Positions 12,943 through 23,706 of a stretch of 53,864 bases of DNA are shown piece by piece. The notes beneath the pieces are model-generated. The model worked only from the letters and a program-made list of their open reading frames with translations. It did not search any database and was not told where the DNA came from. Position 1 is the stretch's first letter. Every line of letters starts with the position of its first letter. The position numbers and the translations under genes were made by a program. The DNA is from a virus, in IMG/VR virus record IMGVR_UViG_3300045988_098128, positions 1-53,864 of that record, one strand, 5' to 3'.

Positions 12943-14619
12943 TTATCTGCCGTATATTGTGATTTTGCCTGATACTGGCGCATATGTGGTGTTTGCCGTT
13001 GCCATTTTTATCGATGTAGCTTTGCCAACTCCAAACACAACATTATATGGGATATATGCGGTTGATGGAGCGAGATTGGTTGCGGATATAGCTACGTTCG
13101 GCTTGTGGCATTCCCAGACTATTCCATTAAATTTTGCTATTGCGTAGTTATAAGCCAACCTGCCGCTCTTTGGTACATCCACAAAATTGACACATACTTG
13201 TATTCCATTTATGTATAAATTTTGCGCCGAGTCCGTGCTGGTGGCATTTTGCAGTCCGCTATTAATCACTAAAAATTCTGTGTAATTGTCTAATCCCGTG
13301 ACTTCAAAAGTTGCGGTTGCCTCCGTCACTTCTGTCTCGAGGATTTTAGTCCACTCTTTTTCGCCACCCCCGCCCCCACTCGGCAAATCAGTCAACGTCG
13401 CCGCAATTCCGTCCGCCACGACTTCCTCCGCCACAGCAGTTTTGTCCGCGTCAGTGAGAGTGTACGGTTTAGTCCTCATCTTTCCGTCCGCGCCGATTCT
13501 CACGGGTTGCGTGTCCTCTGCCGTAGCCGCGTCCGCCTTGATTCCGCCGAGAGCATCAGCCGTAGCCTGCGGGAGCGTGTACGTCGGCTTGTCCTGCGGA
13601 ATAACGTTTCCGTCTTCGCCAACGCCGAGGATTTTTCCCGCGTTGCCTGCGCCTTGATTTTTGTCGAGTTTTGTGGTGAGTGCTTGAGCAATTTCTTGTA
13701 AATTTTCTTCATAATTTTCAGCCGGTACATAGTTTTGGAGTATATCTGTCAAGGCGGTGTTTGTGACGTAGTCGCCTGTTTTGGTGACATCTGTTGTTTG
13801 TGAGGAAAGATTTAAACTTCCCCTCCAAACAGCTCCCGCACCATCATATACGGTTATATCTACTCTACCATAGTTCATTCTCCCAAATATTACGAGCATA
13901 GGAGACGACATTCCGGTTGGCACAGTTTGGTCATAGTCGACAGGAGAGATTATGCCATACCCAACACCCATGTTGTATAAATTAATGATATTATCAGCTT
14001 TAAGGTCTAACCAATATCTGACTGTTGGAATAGGCGAAGCTCCAATGTTGGTTCTCGCCTGCGCCTTCTGCTCGTCCGTCAGCGTTTGCTCCACGTACTG
14101 CACCGCGTTAGCCGAGCCGCCACCGCCCCCCTCTGCGGACAGCACACCGTTTTTATCCACCGACAGCCCGCTGCCGAGCGTGGAGAACGGCTTGTTCTGC
14201 ACCATCTCCCATGTGGGGGATGTGATGCTCTCGAGCATTGCTATAATCTGCTCGTATACGTCGGGTGTCGGGTCGGGTATAGGCTGACCGAGGTAGTCCG
14301 CGATACTGTCTTTGACTTTGAGACAGCACGGGCGCGTGGTTTTGAGTACACTCGGTTTTTCCGCTGAGCCTGCCTGCACGCCGACAAATATACGCCTGTG
14401 TTCTCCCGCCATCATAGGTACGTCGCATGAGTTTCCGCTCATCACAACCGCCTGATAGCTGCCGTCCTCGCAGACAAAGTATACGGTTTTTACCTTGTCC
14501 CGCCATTCTTCGTCAAACTCAAATTCCGCGACGTAGTCCGAGTTGTGCGATATAACGTCCTCGCCAGCCGTGATTGTCGGCACTCTGTCACACACCGTGA
14601 TGTGTATTGTGGTTAGCAT
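12943..14619 (-). CDS. tail fibre / receptor-binding protein
   Basis: 558 aa, located downstream of the large tail protein. Gly-run hinges (AEGGGGGS, LPSGGGGGE). Confidence 0.65.
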   Translation of the reverse strand: MLTTIHITVCDRVPTITAGEDVISHNSDYVAEFEFDEEWRDKVKTVYFVCEDGSYQAVVMSGNSCDVPMMAGEHRRIFVGVQAGSAEKPSVLKTTRPCCLKVKDSIADYLGQPIPDPTPDVYEQIIAMLESITSPTWEMVQNKPFSTLGSGLSVDKNGVLSAEGGGGGSANAVQYVEQTLTDEQKAQARTNIGASPIPTVRYWLDLKADNIINLYNMGVGYGIISPVDYDQTVPTGMSSPMLVIFGRMNYGRVDITVYDGAGAVWRGSLNLSSQTTDVTKTGDYVTNTALTDILQNYVPAENYEENLQEIAQALTTKLDKNQGAGNAGKILGVGEDGNVIPQDKPTYTLPQATADALGGIKADAATAEDTQPVRIGADGKMRTKPYTLTDADKTAVAEEVVADGIAATLTDLPSGGGGGEKEWTKILETEVTEATATFEVTGLDNYTEFLVINSGLQNATSTDSAQNLYINGIQVCVNFVDVPKSGRLAYNYAIAKFNGIVWECHKPNVAISATNLAPSTAYIPYNVVFGVGKATSIKMATANTTYAPVSGKITIYGR

Positions 14620-14987
14620 TCATTTTCACCTCCTGTGAGCTTGATGAATTTTCTTAGCGTGGTTAAGTCACTGTAGGATAGTTTTATTTCCTCGTTTTCC
14701 GATATTTCTATCGGAAGTTCGGTGTCTCCGAGGTCAACATCAAGGTTCATAAGCTCATTGAATCTTTGGTTGAACTCAGCTTCCGTTTCCGCAATAGGTT
14801 CATATCTGCCGTTTTCGAGCCTGCAATACTCGCCGAGGATTCGCATTCGCTGAACGTCGTAGAACTTCATCTGCGCTTCTATCTTGTCGAGAAAGCCGAA
14901 GAGCCTATATAACGTTTTCAGCGACAGGTTCTGCGCACACAGTTTTTTGAACGCTTCCTGCGCATAGATTAAATCTGACATTTTCAT
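14613..14987 (-). CDS. hypothetical tail-module protein
   Basis: 124-aa ORF packed between the tail genes. Confidence 0.55.
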   Translation of the reverse strand: MKMSDLIYAQEAFKKLCAQNLSLKTLYRLFGFLDKIEAQMKFYDVQRMRILGEYCRLENGRYEPIAETEAEFNQRFNELMNLDVDLGDTELPIEISENEEIKLSYSDLTTLRKFIKLTGGENEC

Positions 14988-14988
14988 G

Positions 14989-17900
14989 TTAATTACCTAA
15001 CGTTTCTTGTTTATTGTAATATATCGTGTCTACGTAAAGCCGATTGAAGTAGTTTAGCGTGCTTCCTATATCCCAAACTCCCTTTTTTCCGGGGACTATA
15101 CATTGGTTGGAGGTCTGTACTTGAAGTTGATAGCTTGCAGATGAATTGTCTGGGTCTTTGAAGTAGATAAACGAACCGTACAATTCAAGGAACGCCGCCA
15201 TTCCCGATATTGGAGACTGAACACCGACCTGAACAATGCCGTTTTCACCACTCATTTTAGATGTGACTATGGTGTAGTTCTCGTTTTCCGCAAAAAACAC
15301 CTTGTTGACATAAAGATTGTCTGTGGTAACATTGCCGCCGTCTATTGTTGTCGCACCGCTTGTTGACAGGTCTGTAAACGTTACAAGTCCGTTGAAATTA
15401 ATATCAGCTGATGAAATTTGAACATTTCCGCTTTTCAGAGATATTGTAGCCTTGCCGCGTGACTGCGTTGTTGTGAAACATTTGACTTTGAAATAGTCTC
15501 CGTTTTTGTCGTTCGAACCGTCTTTGATGTATTTGAACGACACGTAATGATTTCCTGCCGGAATTGTCATTGAAAACGTCTGTGGCGTTGCGCTCGATTC
15601 TCCTTTGAAGCTATGGTAAACTCCTGTTGAATCTGCAGTGTTATCACTTGATAAAGACGTGTCAAGGTTGGACATTATGCCGTAGTCATAATCGCTTTCA
15701 CCGTAGGATATGCAACGGAATTTTACCTGCGTCGGCTTAGTGAAAGTGAACTTAAATCCGCCATATGCGTATGAATTTGCAACACCCGCATTCTGAGAAG
15801 TGTAATACCCATCAGAGGTCAGCGTGAAATCATATGCTTCCTCGGGAGTTACGGGTATGTCATCACCGAAATACCAAGGTGTATTGCTCCATGTTCCCGC
15901 CGAAACTTCTGACGTGCTTCCCGCAGTTTCCGTAGCTGTAAGGTCAAGCGCGTTCGCAGAAAGACGTATGGATGAGCTGTCGGCATTTGCAAACAAAGTC
16001 AACAGCGCGCGGACGTTTGAACCGATTGTTCCCGAACCGTAGGAAGCTGATAGGGATATTTTTGATTCAATGCCTTTCTCGGTTTTTTGTATAAGCTGTT
16101 CGATTGCCGTTGTTGTGGTTATCGTGCTTCCGCTCGATACCTCAACGAATTTACCCTCTACAGCAGAGGTAATAGAAGCTTTGCCCTCCTGTGTGTTCAG
16201 ATAACTATCTACAGCTGTAGACAAATCCGTGCCGCGTAGCATTGACTTTTTGATTGCTTCAAGTTCACGCTGTTGTACCGGCTCAATCTCGCGTACCAGT
16301 CCGCCCGTTGATTCATATTCAACCTTGCCGAATCCATTCCACTTGATTGTTTGGGAGAATATCGGGAGCGTTTTTACCTCGTCATAATCATTAACTACGG
16401 TGATAATGTCTCCGCATTTAATTTCGGGATACCATTCGGCACGTACCGCAATAGGAGAATAAGCAGGGAAGAGTGAAGCCTTTGCAAAAATCGCGTTCAC
16501 ATAAGGCTGTAGCGCAGATATCTCCGTGTCGTTCTCGATGTACAGAAACGGATTGTCGCTGATAACATAGGTGTTTGTTCCCGTCCCCGCAGTCACGAGC
16601 TGGTCTCCGTATGACGTGTAACATTCGAGTTTGCCTATAACGGGAGTTTCAAATTCACTCTCGCTCATCTCAAATCGGTCTGTTTTGAGAATTTTGTAGG
16701 AGTTTGTTGTAAATGTGTTTAACTCAACTTTGCCATCCGCATTTATTCTCGAGTAACAGCCCGCCGCTTCCGCAATCCACGCAAGCACTTCACGCGCCGT
16801 GTAGTCCGAGGTTGAGAACGGATTGAAAGTAAAGTTTTTTGTAGAGTTTGTAAACGTTGTCGTGATAGGTTCAACACCCACTGCGGCGCAAAGGGAAGAG
16901 AAAACCGCGCCGAGAGTGACGGGGAACGTCATGTTTTCGATGAAATCCGAAGCAGAAACTTCAAACTTCTGCATACGGTCATAAGCGGTAAAGTCTATGA
17001 GCTTGCCGCGAACTTTGTCGGGTCTCTCGCCTTTGAAAACACCGACCGTCACATACTGAAATGCCGCGCCGACCTTAACGCCTATTTGCAAAGTAAATTC
17101 TTGTGTAAAATCGAAGTTGTTAAACTTGTTGTCAACATTGAACAACGTCATTTCAACTTGTTTACAAACAGCTTTGCCAAAGGTATAGTCAGTGTCTCCG
17201 TTCAGTATGTCCGTAATCTTAACACCGTCACCCGTTATCGCAACGTCAGCTTTCCCGAGAACCGTGTTGTCGGCAAATGTTATCTTGATATCCTGTTCGG
17301 TATGAGCGCGTATAGCTTCAAGTAAACTCGCGACAGGTTGAACAACGCTAAACACGTCTGAAGTCTTGTAGTCCGAATTGTTGTTGTTTGAATCGTAAGC
17401 GCATACTCTATACTGCACTGTAAGCCACGCAGAGCCTACTGTGTCGATGTAAGATGTGTTCTCGCCCCGATAAACCGTCATGTAGCTTGCGCCGTCCACG
17501 GAACGTTGTAGCGCATATCCCGCCGCATTTGAAACGCCCGCCCATGTGATTGTTGCCGATTCTCCCGCAGTGAGAGCAGGAACTGTTATAGTCTCGGGCA
17601 TTGACGGGATTGTCGGTTCGGGTTCTTTTGCTTCAACAGTTCTCTCTACACTTGTAGTCCATTTGGACGAAACATTGTCTTTTACGGAAGCAACTCTGTA
17701 TTGAACCTTGCTCCATGTTGCGAGGGCTGTGTCCGTGTATGAAGTCGCTGTGCCACTGTATATTTGAGTAAAGCCGCCGCCGTTTGCAGAACGTTCAAGT
17801 GTGTAACTGTCTGCGCCGGACACAGCACCCCACGAAACCGCTATGCTGTCTCCCGCCGTGATTGCCGAAGAAACAGTAATAGTCGCCGGAGCTGGAGGTG

Positions 17901-18765
17901 TTATCGTGCCAGCAAACACGACCGTATAGCATCCGTCAGCATCGGTGCTGTCAGATACCAAGAGAGAAGAGGAAAGATTCAAAGCGGGACGAACGCCATA
18001 ATTACCACGGTAAGCATTGTTGCCGCCCAAACTATCATCCGAGTTGACAGACCGAGCGATGTTGGCGATCGTGTGGTGAGGTGTTCTTAGCCACCAATAC
18101 CAAGCGGTAGTCTTTCTCGAAGGTTTGGAACTCGAAGGGGTATTACTGAAACACTGCTGCGTAACATACCCGATACGAGCGGTATTGCTCGTGTAGTAAC
18201 CCCACGCCGCACCTTCGGCGATACTGTTCTCATTCGAGAGACCGACTTCGGTTGTGGACGGCAGGAATACTTTGCGTACAACATCCTCATAAGAGCCACC
18301 GTCTATACTCGGCTTGACAACACGAATGGTTGTCGAGAGAATAGCGGCTTTTTCATCATCGGTAAAACCGTTCAGAAAACCGGGGCGAGCTGCGTACTGA
18401 GTGCCGTAACCACCTGTACCCGCCGTAGTATTGGGAGAATGGTCTGCGCTATGAGCTGCGCTATACCATGCGCCTCCGGCGGCATCTTTGTTGAGCCATT
18501 GGTCGAGGTTGGAGACTGAATAACGGTTGTTACCGTATTTCAGCCTATCAGAATTGCTGTTACTCGGCTCTTTTGCGTCGAAGCACCTTAAATCAAGGAT
18601 TTCAGCGGCGTGAAGAGTTACCGAGTTCGAAGGATAAGCGGGAGTGGAAACATGATTTTTCGCAACAATAGTCCATATTATAGGCTGCGCTTTCTCTGTG
18701 TTCACTTGATACTTGCCGAACTTGACTTTTGAGCCTACGGCAAGATTGGATAAAGCCTGCGACAC
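14989..18765 (-). CDS. large tail protein (DUF6273-like N-terminus, two Fn3 repeats, tail-tip/endopeptidase-like body)
   Basis: Two tandem Fn3-like repeats (...AVSWGAVSGADSYTLERSANGGGF...YTDT and ...TITWAGVSNAAGYALQRSVDGASY...YIDT). The start was set to the GTG at 18765, which follows AGGGGGGA and removes the 56-nt overlap in the track ORF (which starts at 18831). Confidence 0.7.
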   Translation of the reverse strand: MSQALSNLAVGSKVKFGKYQVNTEKAQPIIWTIVAKNHVSTPAYPSNSVTLHAAEILDLRCFDAKEPSNSNSDRLKYGNNRYSVSNLDQWLNKDAAGGAWYSAAHSADHSPNTTAGTGGYGTQYAARPGFLNGFTDDEKAAILSTTIRVVKPSIDGGSYEDVVRKVFLPSTTEVGLSNENSIAEGAAWGYYTSNTARIGYVTQQCFSNTPSSSKPSRKTTAWYWWLRTPHHTIANIARSVNSDDSLGGNNAYRGNYGVRPALNLSSSLLVSDSTDADGCYTVVFAGTITPPAPATITVSSAITAGDSIAVSWGAVSGADSYTLERSANGGGFTQIYSGTATSYTDTALATWSKVQYRVASVKDNVSSKWTTSVERTVEAKEPEPTIPSMPETITVPALTAGESATITWAGVSNAAGYALQRSVDGASYMTVYRGENTSYIDTVGSAWLTVQYRVCAYDSNNNNSDYKTSDVFSVVQPVASLLEAIRAHTEQDIKITFADNTVLGKADVAITGDGVKITDILNGDTDYTFGKAVCKQVEMTLFNVDNKFNNFDFTQEFTLQIGVKVGAAFQYVTVGVFKGERPDKVRGKLIDFTAYDRMQKFEVSASDFIENMTFPVTLGAVFSSLCAAVGVEPITTTFTNSTKNFTFNPFSTSDYTAREVLAWIAEAAGCYSRINADGKVELNTFTTNSYKILKTDRFEMSESEFETPVIGKLECYTSYGDQLVTAGTGTNTYVISDNPFLYIENDTEISALQPYVNAIFAKASLFPAYSPIAVRAEWYPEIKCGDIITVVNDYDEVKTLPIFSQTIKWNGFGKVEYESTGGLVREIEPVQQRELEAIKKSMLRGTDLSTAVDSYLNTQEGKASITSAVEGKFVEVSSGSTITTTTAIEQLIQKTEKGIESKISLSASYGSGTIGSNVRALLTLFANADSSSIRLSANALDLTATETAGSTSEVSAGTWSNTPWYFGDDIPVTPEEAYDFTLTSDGYYTSQNAGVANSYAYGGFKFTFTKPTQVKFRCISYGESDYDYGIMSNLDTSLSSDNTADSTGVYHSFKGESSATPQTFSMTIPAGNHYVSFKYIKDGSNDKNGDYFKVKCFTTTQSRGKATISLKSGNVQISSADINFNGLVTFTDLSTSGATTIDGGNVTTDNLYVNKVFFAENENYTIVTSKMSGENGIVQVGVQSPISGMAAFLELYGSFIYFKDPDNSSASYQLQVQTSNQCIVPGKKGVWDIGSTLNYFNRLYVDTIYYNKQETLGN

Positions 18766-18775
18766 GTTATCCCCC

Positions 18776-19159
18776 CTAAAATTCAATAATGTTGAACGAC
18801 AAATCGAACCGCGCAACTTCTTCTTTGTCAATCCAGTAGTATTTTGTTGTTGCCGACCTGTCGCCCGCGTAGTATGTGCCGGAGCGCGTACCGCCTTTTT
18901 GATACGGGTCTGGGCAGACTGCCGTGAAACTGTCGGAGTTGACGGCGTTGAGTATTGAAGCCATTTCAGCCCATGTCAGGCAGTTCCACTTGAAACCGAA
19001 GTTTATCTTCTGTCCCACACGGTTTCTGTGCAAAACAGAAGTCGCGTCTCTCTCTGCACTTTCATCAACATCTGCTATTGAGGGATTCCATTCGGAAGGG
19101 TCGGGAATACTAACCCCCCCGAACTTTATTCCCATTGTGTAATTGAGTAATGATATCAT
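18776..19159 (-). CDS. distal tail protein-like (127 aa)
   Basis: Called from its position directly after the tape measure gene. Confidence 0.5.
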   Translation of the reverse strand: MISLLNYTMGIKFGGVSIPDPSEWNPSIADVDESAERDATSVLHRNRVGQKINFGFKWNCLTWAEMASILNAVNSDSFTAVCPDPYQKGGTRSGTYYAGDRSATTKYYWIDKEEVARFDLSFNIIEF

Positions 19160-19161
19160 GT

Positions 19162-22035
19162 TTAACCACCCGTAACCTGTTCAACCATCTTCTGGGAGCG
19201 TTTTACCGCGCGTCCCAAAGCGACAGACGGAGAAATCGAAAGTTCCTTGTCAGCAATCTTTTGTAACAGTCTGTTTTGTTCTCTGAGAAGTTTGTTCTGC
19301 TCTGCGGTATCCTTGTCCGAGCCGGAGCTGTTCGCGCGTAGTACACCGTTCATAGCGTTTGTGACACTCGCCTGAATGCCCGCTATAATCTGACCGTTGT
19401 TCGCAACAGCGTTTCTGCCGCCTATAGTGCCTACCAGTTCGGGTCCGGCTTCACGCGCGACGAATAACTGTCCCATAGTCGGGAAACCGCCGTCCGCAAA
19501 CTGATTATCGAGAGAACCGAAAAGCAAATCGTCAACAATCGAATCCGTCTTATTCTTGCGAATCTTAGCTCTCGCTTCTTCAACCTTGTTCATATCAACG
19601 TCAACACCGATTTTTACTCCCACGCTCATGCCATCAACCTTCCAAAGAGTGTCTTTGAGGTTGTTAACCTTGTCTGTTGCTTTGTCAAATGCTTCCTGAG
19701 TGTCTTTTACGGCTTGCGTTGTGTCGTCCATGCCTTTTTTTGCTTCATACAACGCCTGCCTGTAATCGTAGAACTCCTGAACACCTTCATCTCCCAAAAA
19801 CCTTGCCCATGTCATTGCAGAGCTGTGTGAAGTTATAAGCGATTCGGTAGTAATTTCACTCGCGTCTTTTACATCAGCAAGTTCGCTATGAGCTTTACGC
19901 AGGTAATACTGTAGCGTCGTATCGTTTTGAATAAGGTCAAACAGTTTTTGCTGCGCTTCTTTGTATGTGTTTGTCGCGGTAGTATTTTCTTCTTGCGCAT
20001 CGCGAATGTTGAGCATTGCATCTGCTTGAACCTTGTATGCGTCTTTGATAACCTCGCTATAAGCTTGCTGTTTTAGTTGCTTGTCGAGAGCAGTATAAAG
20101 GTCTTCAACTTCTTGCCTTGTCCTTGACAGCGAACCGTCGTCGTTTATCGAAATGTCTATACCCATACCATTTATTTCGGAAATGAGCGTTTTTAATAGT
20201 TCTGCTTCGTCGGATGTCCTTTGTTCCTTTGGGATGGAAGCAATATCGAAAGCCGCGTCAATTATATTTTTCAAATATGCCATTTGACTTTCAACTTCTT
20301 TTACAGGAGCGTCGAGATTTTCAACGCGAAGTTTTAAGTCAGCGGCAACATCGAGATACACCTTAGCTTTGTCTGCGCTCTCTTTAGCTTTTTTGTATAG
20401 TTCATTTTCGTTAAGGCGCGCCTTTGTCTTTTCGTTGAAGCTTATGGTGAGTGCCGTAGCCGCAGTTGCAAGAGTAGCAACCAAACCTATAATCAGTCCA
20501 GCCTTGCCCCATTTAACGGTAAGCCCCGCTATAGTAGCAAGCGAACCGAGAACCGCTTTAAGTATATTTTCTTTCGTCACTTCGCCAGAGACGAGATTCT
20601 TTATACCGTCAAACTCAAACGCAAGTCCCGCAAAAGATATAGCAAGCGTAGCAGAAGTTCCAAACCCGCCGCCGAACAGCTCCGATACCTTTATGCCGAG
20701 AAGAGCCGCCACAATTTCTGTTGCATACTCTTTGATTTTCGCCCATGTGCTAAGCAGCCTGTCCGACCATTCCGTAACGCTTGACGAGATGTTCTCCATT
20801 GATACCTCTTCAAACATTCCGCTGTAGTCGGGTGTAGTCTTGCCGGAAGAACTGCCCGTGCTTGATATAACGTTAAGCTCGTCAAATCCCGCAAGGAGCT
20901 GTTTTTGAGCAGCCGCCGAATCCTTAGCCGCTTCCGCATATTCTTTCTGCTGGCGAATAGCCTTAGTCCACGAAGAAGCCCCAGTCATTTTCGCGACAAG
21001 CTGATTCAACCAGTTTACACCCTCGACTATTCTATCAATGAGCGAATCGAATACGGGAATGAGCGCGTTGAGTATCGGAGCTGTCATAGCGCCTACAGAG
21101 TTTCGGAAATATTGCAGTGAAGTGGCGGCGCTGTCCATACTGCTTGCAAAGTCAGTCCCGACCGCCTTACTGTATTGGTAAAGGTTGTTTACACCCTCGC
21201 TGAATGCCTTTGCAATCTGTTTCAAGAACTCATTCACGGTACGATAACGAAGGATTCTTTCAAGTGAACCCGCAACCTTGCCGATAGTCTCACCGAGAAC
21301 CGAGTTCTTGAAGTTCTTGCCCATCTGTTTGCCGAGGTCTTTTATGGACTTCGCAGCACCTTTTGCTTTGGCTTTGAGTTCGCCAAATTTCGCCGATATC
21401 GAAGCAAGCGGTTTTTCTACGGTGTCGAGTTGTTCCGCGTTTTTGATAAGGCTTTCGAGTATGTCGCTTTGACTTGTCTCTTTGCCCGCCGACTTGAGTA
21501 TGTCGTTAAACTGCTTCTTCATCGCCGCAGTCGGTTTGGCAAACATGGAATCAAGCGTTGAATCGAACATAGCTTTTTGTATTTCAGCTCTTTGCCTTTT
21601 CGCTTTGGCATTGTACTTTTCCCAATCAAACGGCACAGACATTCCGCCGGTATTAATTCCGTTGCCGATCATCTTGGCTTTTCTCGCGTCCATGTATCTT
21701 TTGACAGCTTCCATTATGCCATAATCGTCTGTGATTTTCCCGCTGTTTGATTTCAACTTTTTGCTCATCGCAATAAGCTGCTTATAAGAGCCTACAGTAA
21801 CTTTGTATTGTTTAGATACCTTCGCGGCTTCTTCACTCATTTTCCTAAGTGCAGACGTGCCGTTTTTGATACCGTTTGTATCAACCATCTTGTCGATGCC
21901 GCTTGCCGAACTCATTTCGCTTGCAAACTTTTTGAACGGTTCGAGCGTTTTCACAAGATTTTTCAGCGCACTTTCCGCTTTTTTTGTCTCGGCAGTGACT
22001 ACTATTTGTAGATTGTCTATTGTTCCGTCAGCCAT
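19162..22035 (-). CDS. tape measure protein
   Basis: About 957 aa, helical, with internal hydrophobic Gly-rich segments, located after the frameshifted chaperone pair. The start was set to the ATG at 22035, which follows AAAGGAG. Confidence 0.85.
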   Translation of the reverse strand: MADGTIDNLQIVVTAETKKAESALKNLVKTLEPFKKFASEMSSASGIDKMVDTNGIKNGTSALRKMSEEAAKVSKQYKVTVGSYKQLIAMSKKLKSNSGKITDDYGIMEAVKRYMDARKAKMIGNGINTGGMSVPFDWEKYNAKAKRQRAEIQKAMFDSTLDSMFAKPTAAMKKQFNDILKSAGKETSQSDILESLIKNAEQLDTVEKPLASISAKFGELKAKAKGAAKSIKDLGKQMGKNFKNSVLGETIGKVAGSLERILRYRTVNEFLKQIAKAFSEGVNNLYQYSKAVGTDFASSMDSAATSLQYFRNSVGAMTAPILNALIPVFDSLIDRIVEGVNWLNQLVAKMTGASSWTKAIRQQKEYAEAAKDSAAAQKQLLAGFDELNVISSTGSSSGKTTPDYSGMFEEVSMENISSSVTEWSDRLLSTWAKIKEYATEIVAALLGIKVSELFGGGFGTSATLAISFAGLAFEFDGIKNLVSGEVTKENILKAVLGSLATIAGLTVKWGKAGLIIGLVATLATAATALTISFNEKTKARLNENELYKKAKESADKAKVYLDVAADLKLRVENLDAPVKEVESQMAYLKNIIDAAFDIASIPKEQRTSDEAELLKTLISEINGMGIDISINDDGSLSRTRQEVEDLYTALDKQLKQQAYSEVIKDAYKVQADAMLNIRDAQEENTTATNTYKEAQQKLFDLIQNDTTLQYYLRKAHSELADVKDASEITTESLITSHSSAMTWARFLGDEGVQEFYDYRQALYEAKKGMDDTTQAVKDTQEAFDKATDKVNNLKDTLWKVDGMSVGVKIGVDVDMNKVEEARAKIRKNKTDSIVDDLLFGSLDNQFADGGFPTMGQLFVAREAGPELVGTIGGRNAVANNGQIIAGIQASVTNAMNGVLRANSSGSDKDTAEQNKLLREQNRLLQKIADKELSISPSVALGRAVKRSQKMVEQVTGG

Positions 22036-22830
22036 TGTTTTTGTTCTCCTTTCCACTGAATTTTTGTCGCATAGCGGAAAGCCACGAGAACGCTTGATTT
22101 TGAACTTCCGCTTGTTTTTTAGCTTTTTCCGCTTCTTCCTCGGCTTTCCTCTGCCTTTCGGTTACGGAATACGGCTTTTCGGGATATTTGCCGGGCTTTG
22201 TTCCGCGCTTTGCAAAAGCATGAAGAATAGGAGCGAGACAACCTACAGCCTCGTATACATAGATTCCTTGTAACCACGCCGCATAATTATCTCGCTCCTG
22301 TCTGTATTCTTCTGCTTCTCGGTAGTAGCGAAGTTCTGTAAAGTCTCCGTCCCAGTATGTGTCATAGGGAACTCCTATAGACATATAGTAGGAGCACAGA
22401 TTATCCGCATACTCCGCAAACCACGGCTTGTCAACTGTCGGTTCAGCGTCAGTTATGCCCGTATCGCCGGAAGATGGTGTTATCCCTTCACCGTCTTCCA
22501 CTTCACGTTTCCCTTGGGAGACATTTCTTCGATTACCTCATTTACCATTCTGAAGAGGATGTCGGAAAGAGTGTTTGCAGTTTCGCCTTCCTCTCCGTCT
22601 TCCGAATTGGCAAATTCCTTGTAAATAGCCATTCTTTCATTTCTCGGTACATTCTTGTGGAAAGCATCGAAAGCCGCGCAGAAAAGGTCTTCCTGCGCCG
22701 TCAGAAGATGGTCTTCAAGATTTCCGAAGGAAAATCCGCTCTTCTCAAGTCGTTTGAGCGACGCAATCGTGTAGCCGAGGGTATATGCTGTTCCGTTGTA
22801 TTCAAACTGAATTGTAGTTCTGTTAGCCAT
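22028..22830 (-). CDS. tail assembly chaperone, long gpGT-like form made by -1 programmed frameshift
   Basis: The slippery heptamer G GGA AAC sits in the 0 frame at 22513-22507. The -1 frame continues into ORF 22028..22501 (..[15 protein letters not shown]..). Confidence 0.65.
22480..22830 (-). CDS. tail assembly chaperone (short, gpG-like form)
   Basis: 116-aa ORF between the major tail protein and the tape measure. Confidence 0.75.
   Translation of the reverse strand: MANRTTIQFEYNGTAYTLGYTIASLKRLEKSGFSFGNLEDHLLTAQEDLFCAAFDAFHKNVPRNERMAIYKEFANSEDGEEGETANTLSDILFRMVNEVIEEMSPKGNVKWKTVKG
22507..22513 (-). promoter_or_regulatory. -1 ribosomal frameshift slippery site GGGAAAC
   Basis: Codon phase was verified against the 116-aa ORF (..P K G N V K..). 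Confidence 0.65.
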
Positions 22831-22852
22831 GGTTTATATTTCCTTTCTTTAA

Positions 22853-23299
22853 TCAGGTATCGTCTGAAAGTGAGGGAGCTGTCAGTGCGGTTACGGTGAC
22901 GGTGCAATGAACAACTTCGTTTACTCCCGCACCGTTTACTTTAAGAGAGTACATTCCCTTAAAATTGAACTTGCCGTTAATACCTGTTGCTGTGTATGTG
23001 CCGTCGTTCGCACTTGTACCGCCAAACCAAACGGAAAGGTCTGTTTCGGTGTTCTGACCCGCCTCAAGAGCCTTGTATTCCGTCTTGGTGTAGTTAGCTT
23101 CAAACTCAATGCTTTCCTGCTGCTGAATGCCGAGTACACTGACAGATACGTAATGCGAAAGAGTTGTAGCGTCAAGCGTTTCGGGAGTACCGCCGAGGTC
23201 GCCGAAAGAGTTTATATCAATGAGCTTTGTGTATGTGCTTCCTGTGTCCTTCTTCATCAGGAATACGCCCATCGAGGTTACAGGGGTAGGTATAGCCAT
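22853..23299 (-). CDS. major tail (tube) protein
   Basis: 148 aa, located directly before the chaperone pair. Contains the motif INSFGDLGGTPETLDATTL. Confidence 0.75.
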   Translation of the reverse strand: MAIPTPVTSMGVFLMKKDTGSTYTKLIDINSFGDLGGTPETLDATTLSHYVSVSVLGIQQQESIEFEANYTKTEYKALEAGQNTETDLSVWFGGTSANDGTYTATGINGKFNFKGMYSLKVNGAGVNEVVHCTVTVTALTAPSLSDDT

Positions 23300-23304
23300 C
23301 TAAA

Positions 23305-23706
23305 TTACCTCCTATAGATAACATTATTCTTGTCCGCACATCCTGTATAACGTGCGATAATTCTGTAAATCGTGCCGTCGTTTAAAGAAACAGGCTGCGC
23401 CGCAGTCCTCAAAAATCCGCGCATGGTGAGCTGTCGGTCTATTTCAGCAAGAATTGCTTTCGCTTCCGTTTTGCGCTCCCCCGCTTTGTTGGAGTAAATA
23501 TTCACCTCATAAAGCAGATTCACGTGATTCTCGCGGTTAGAGCTGTCAATCGTGTCCGAACGCACAAGATTGTCCGCTTCCACAATGCTCACAAACGGAA
23601 ATGACGAAGGCAAACGCTCTTCAATGCCCGATATAGACAGGGCAGGAAACTTCTCTTTGAGCGCATTGTAAAGCTCCGTGTAAAGCACATTTTCAATGTC
23701 AATCAT
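23305..23706 (-). CDS. tail completion / tail terminator-like protein
   Basis: Track ORF trimmed to the ATG at 23706 (ATGA overlap with the upstream stop). Confidence 0.55.
   Translation of the reverse strand: MIDIENVLYTELYNALKEKFPALSISGIEERLPSSFPFVSIVEADNLVRSDTIDSSNRENHVNLLYEVNIYSNKAGERKTEAKAILAEIDRQLTMRGFLRTAAQPVSLNDGTIYRIIARYTGCADKNNVIYRR

Noticed and set aside
20369-22273. Plus-strand ORFs 20369..20827, 21482..21724 and 21803..22273 within the tape measure and chaperone region.
   Set aside because: They are antisense shadows of long helical Ala/Lys/Glu-rich genes and do not fit the operon context.
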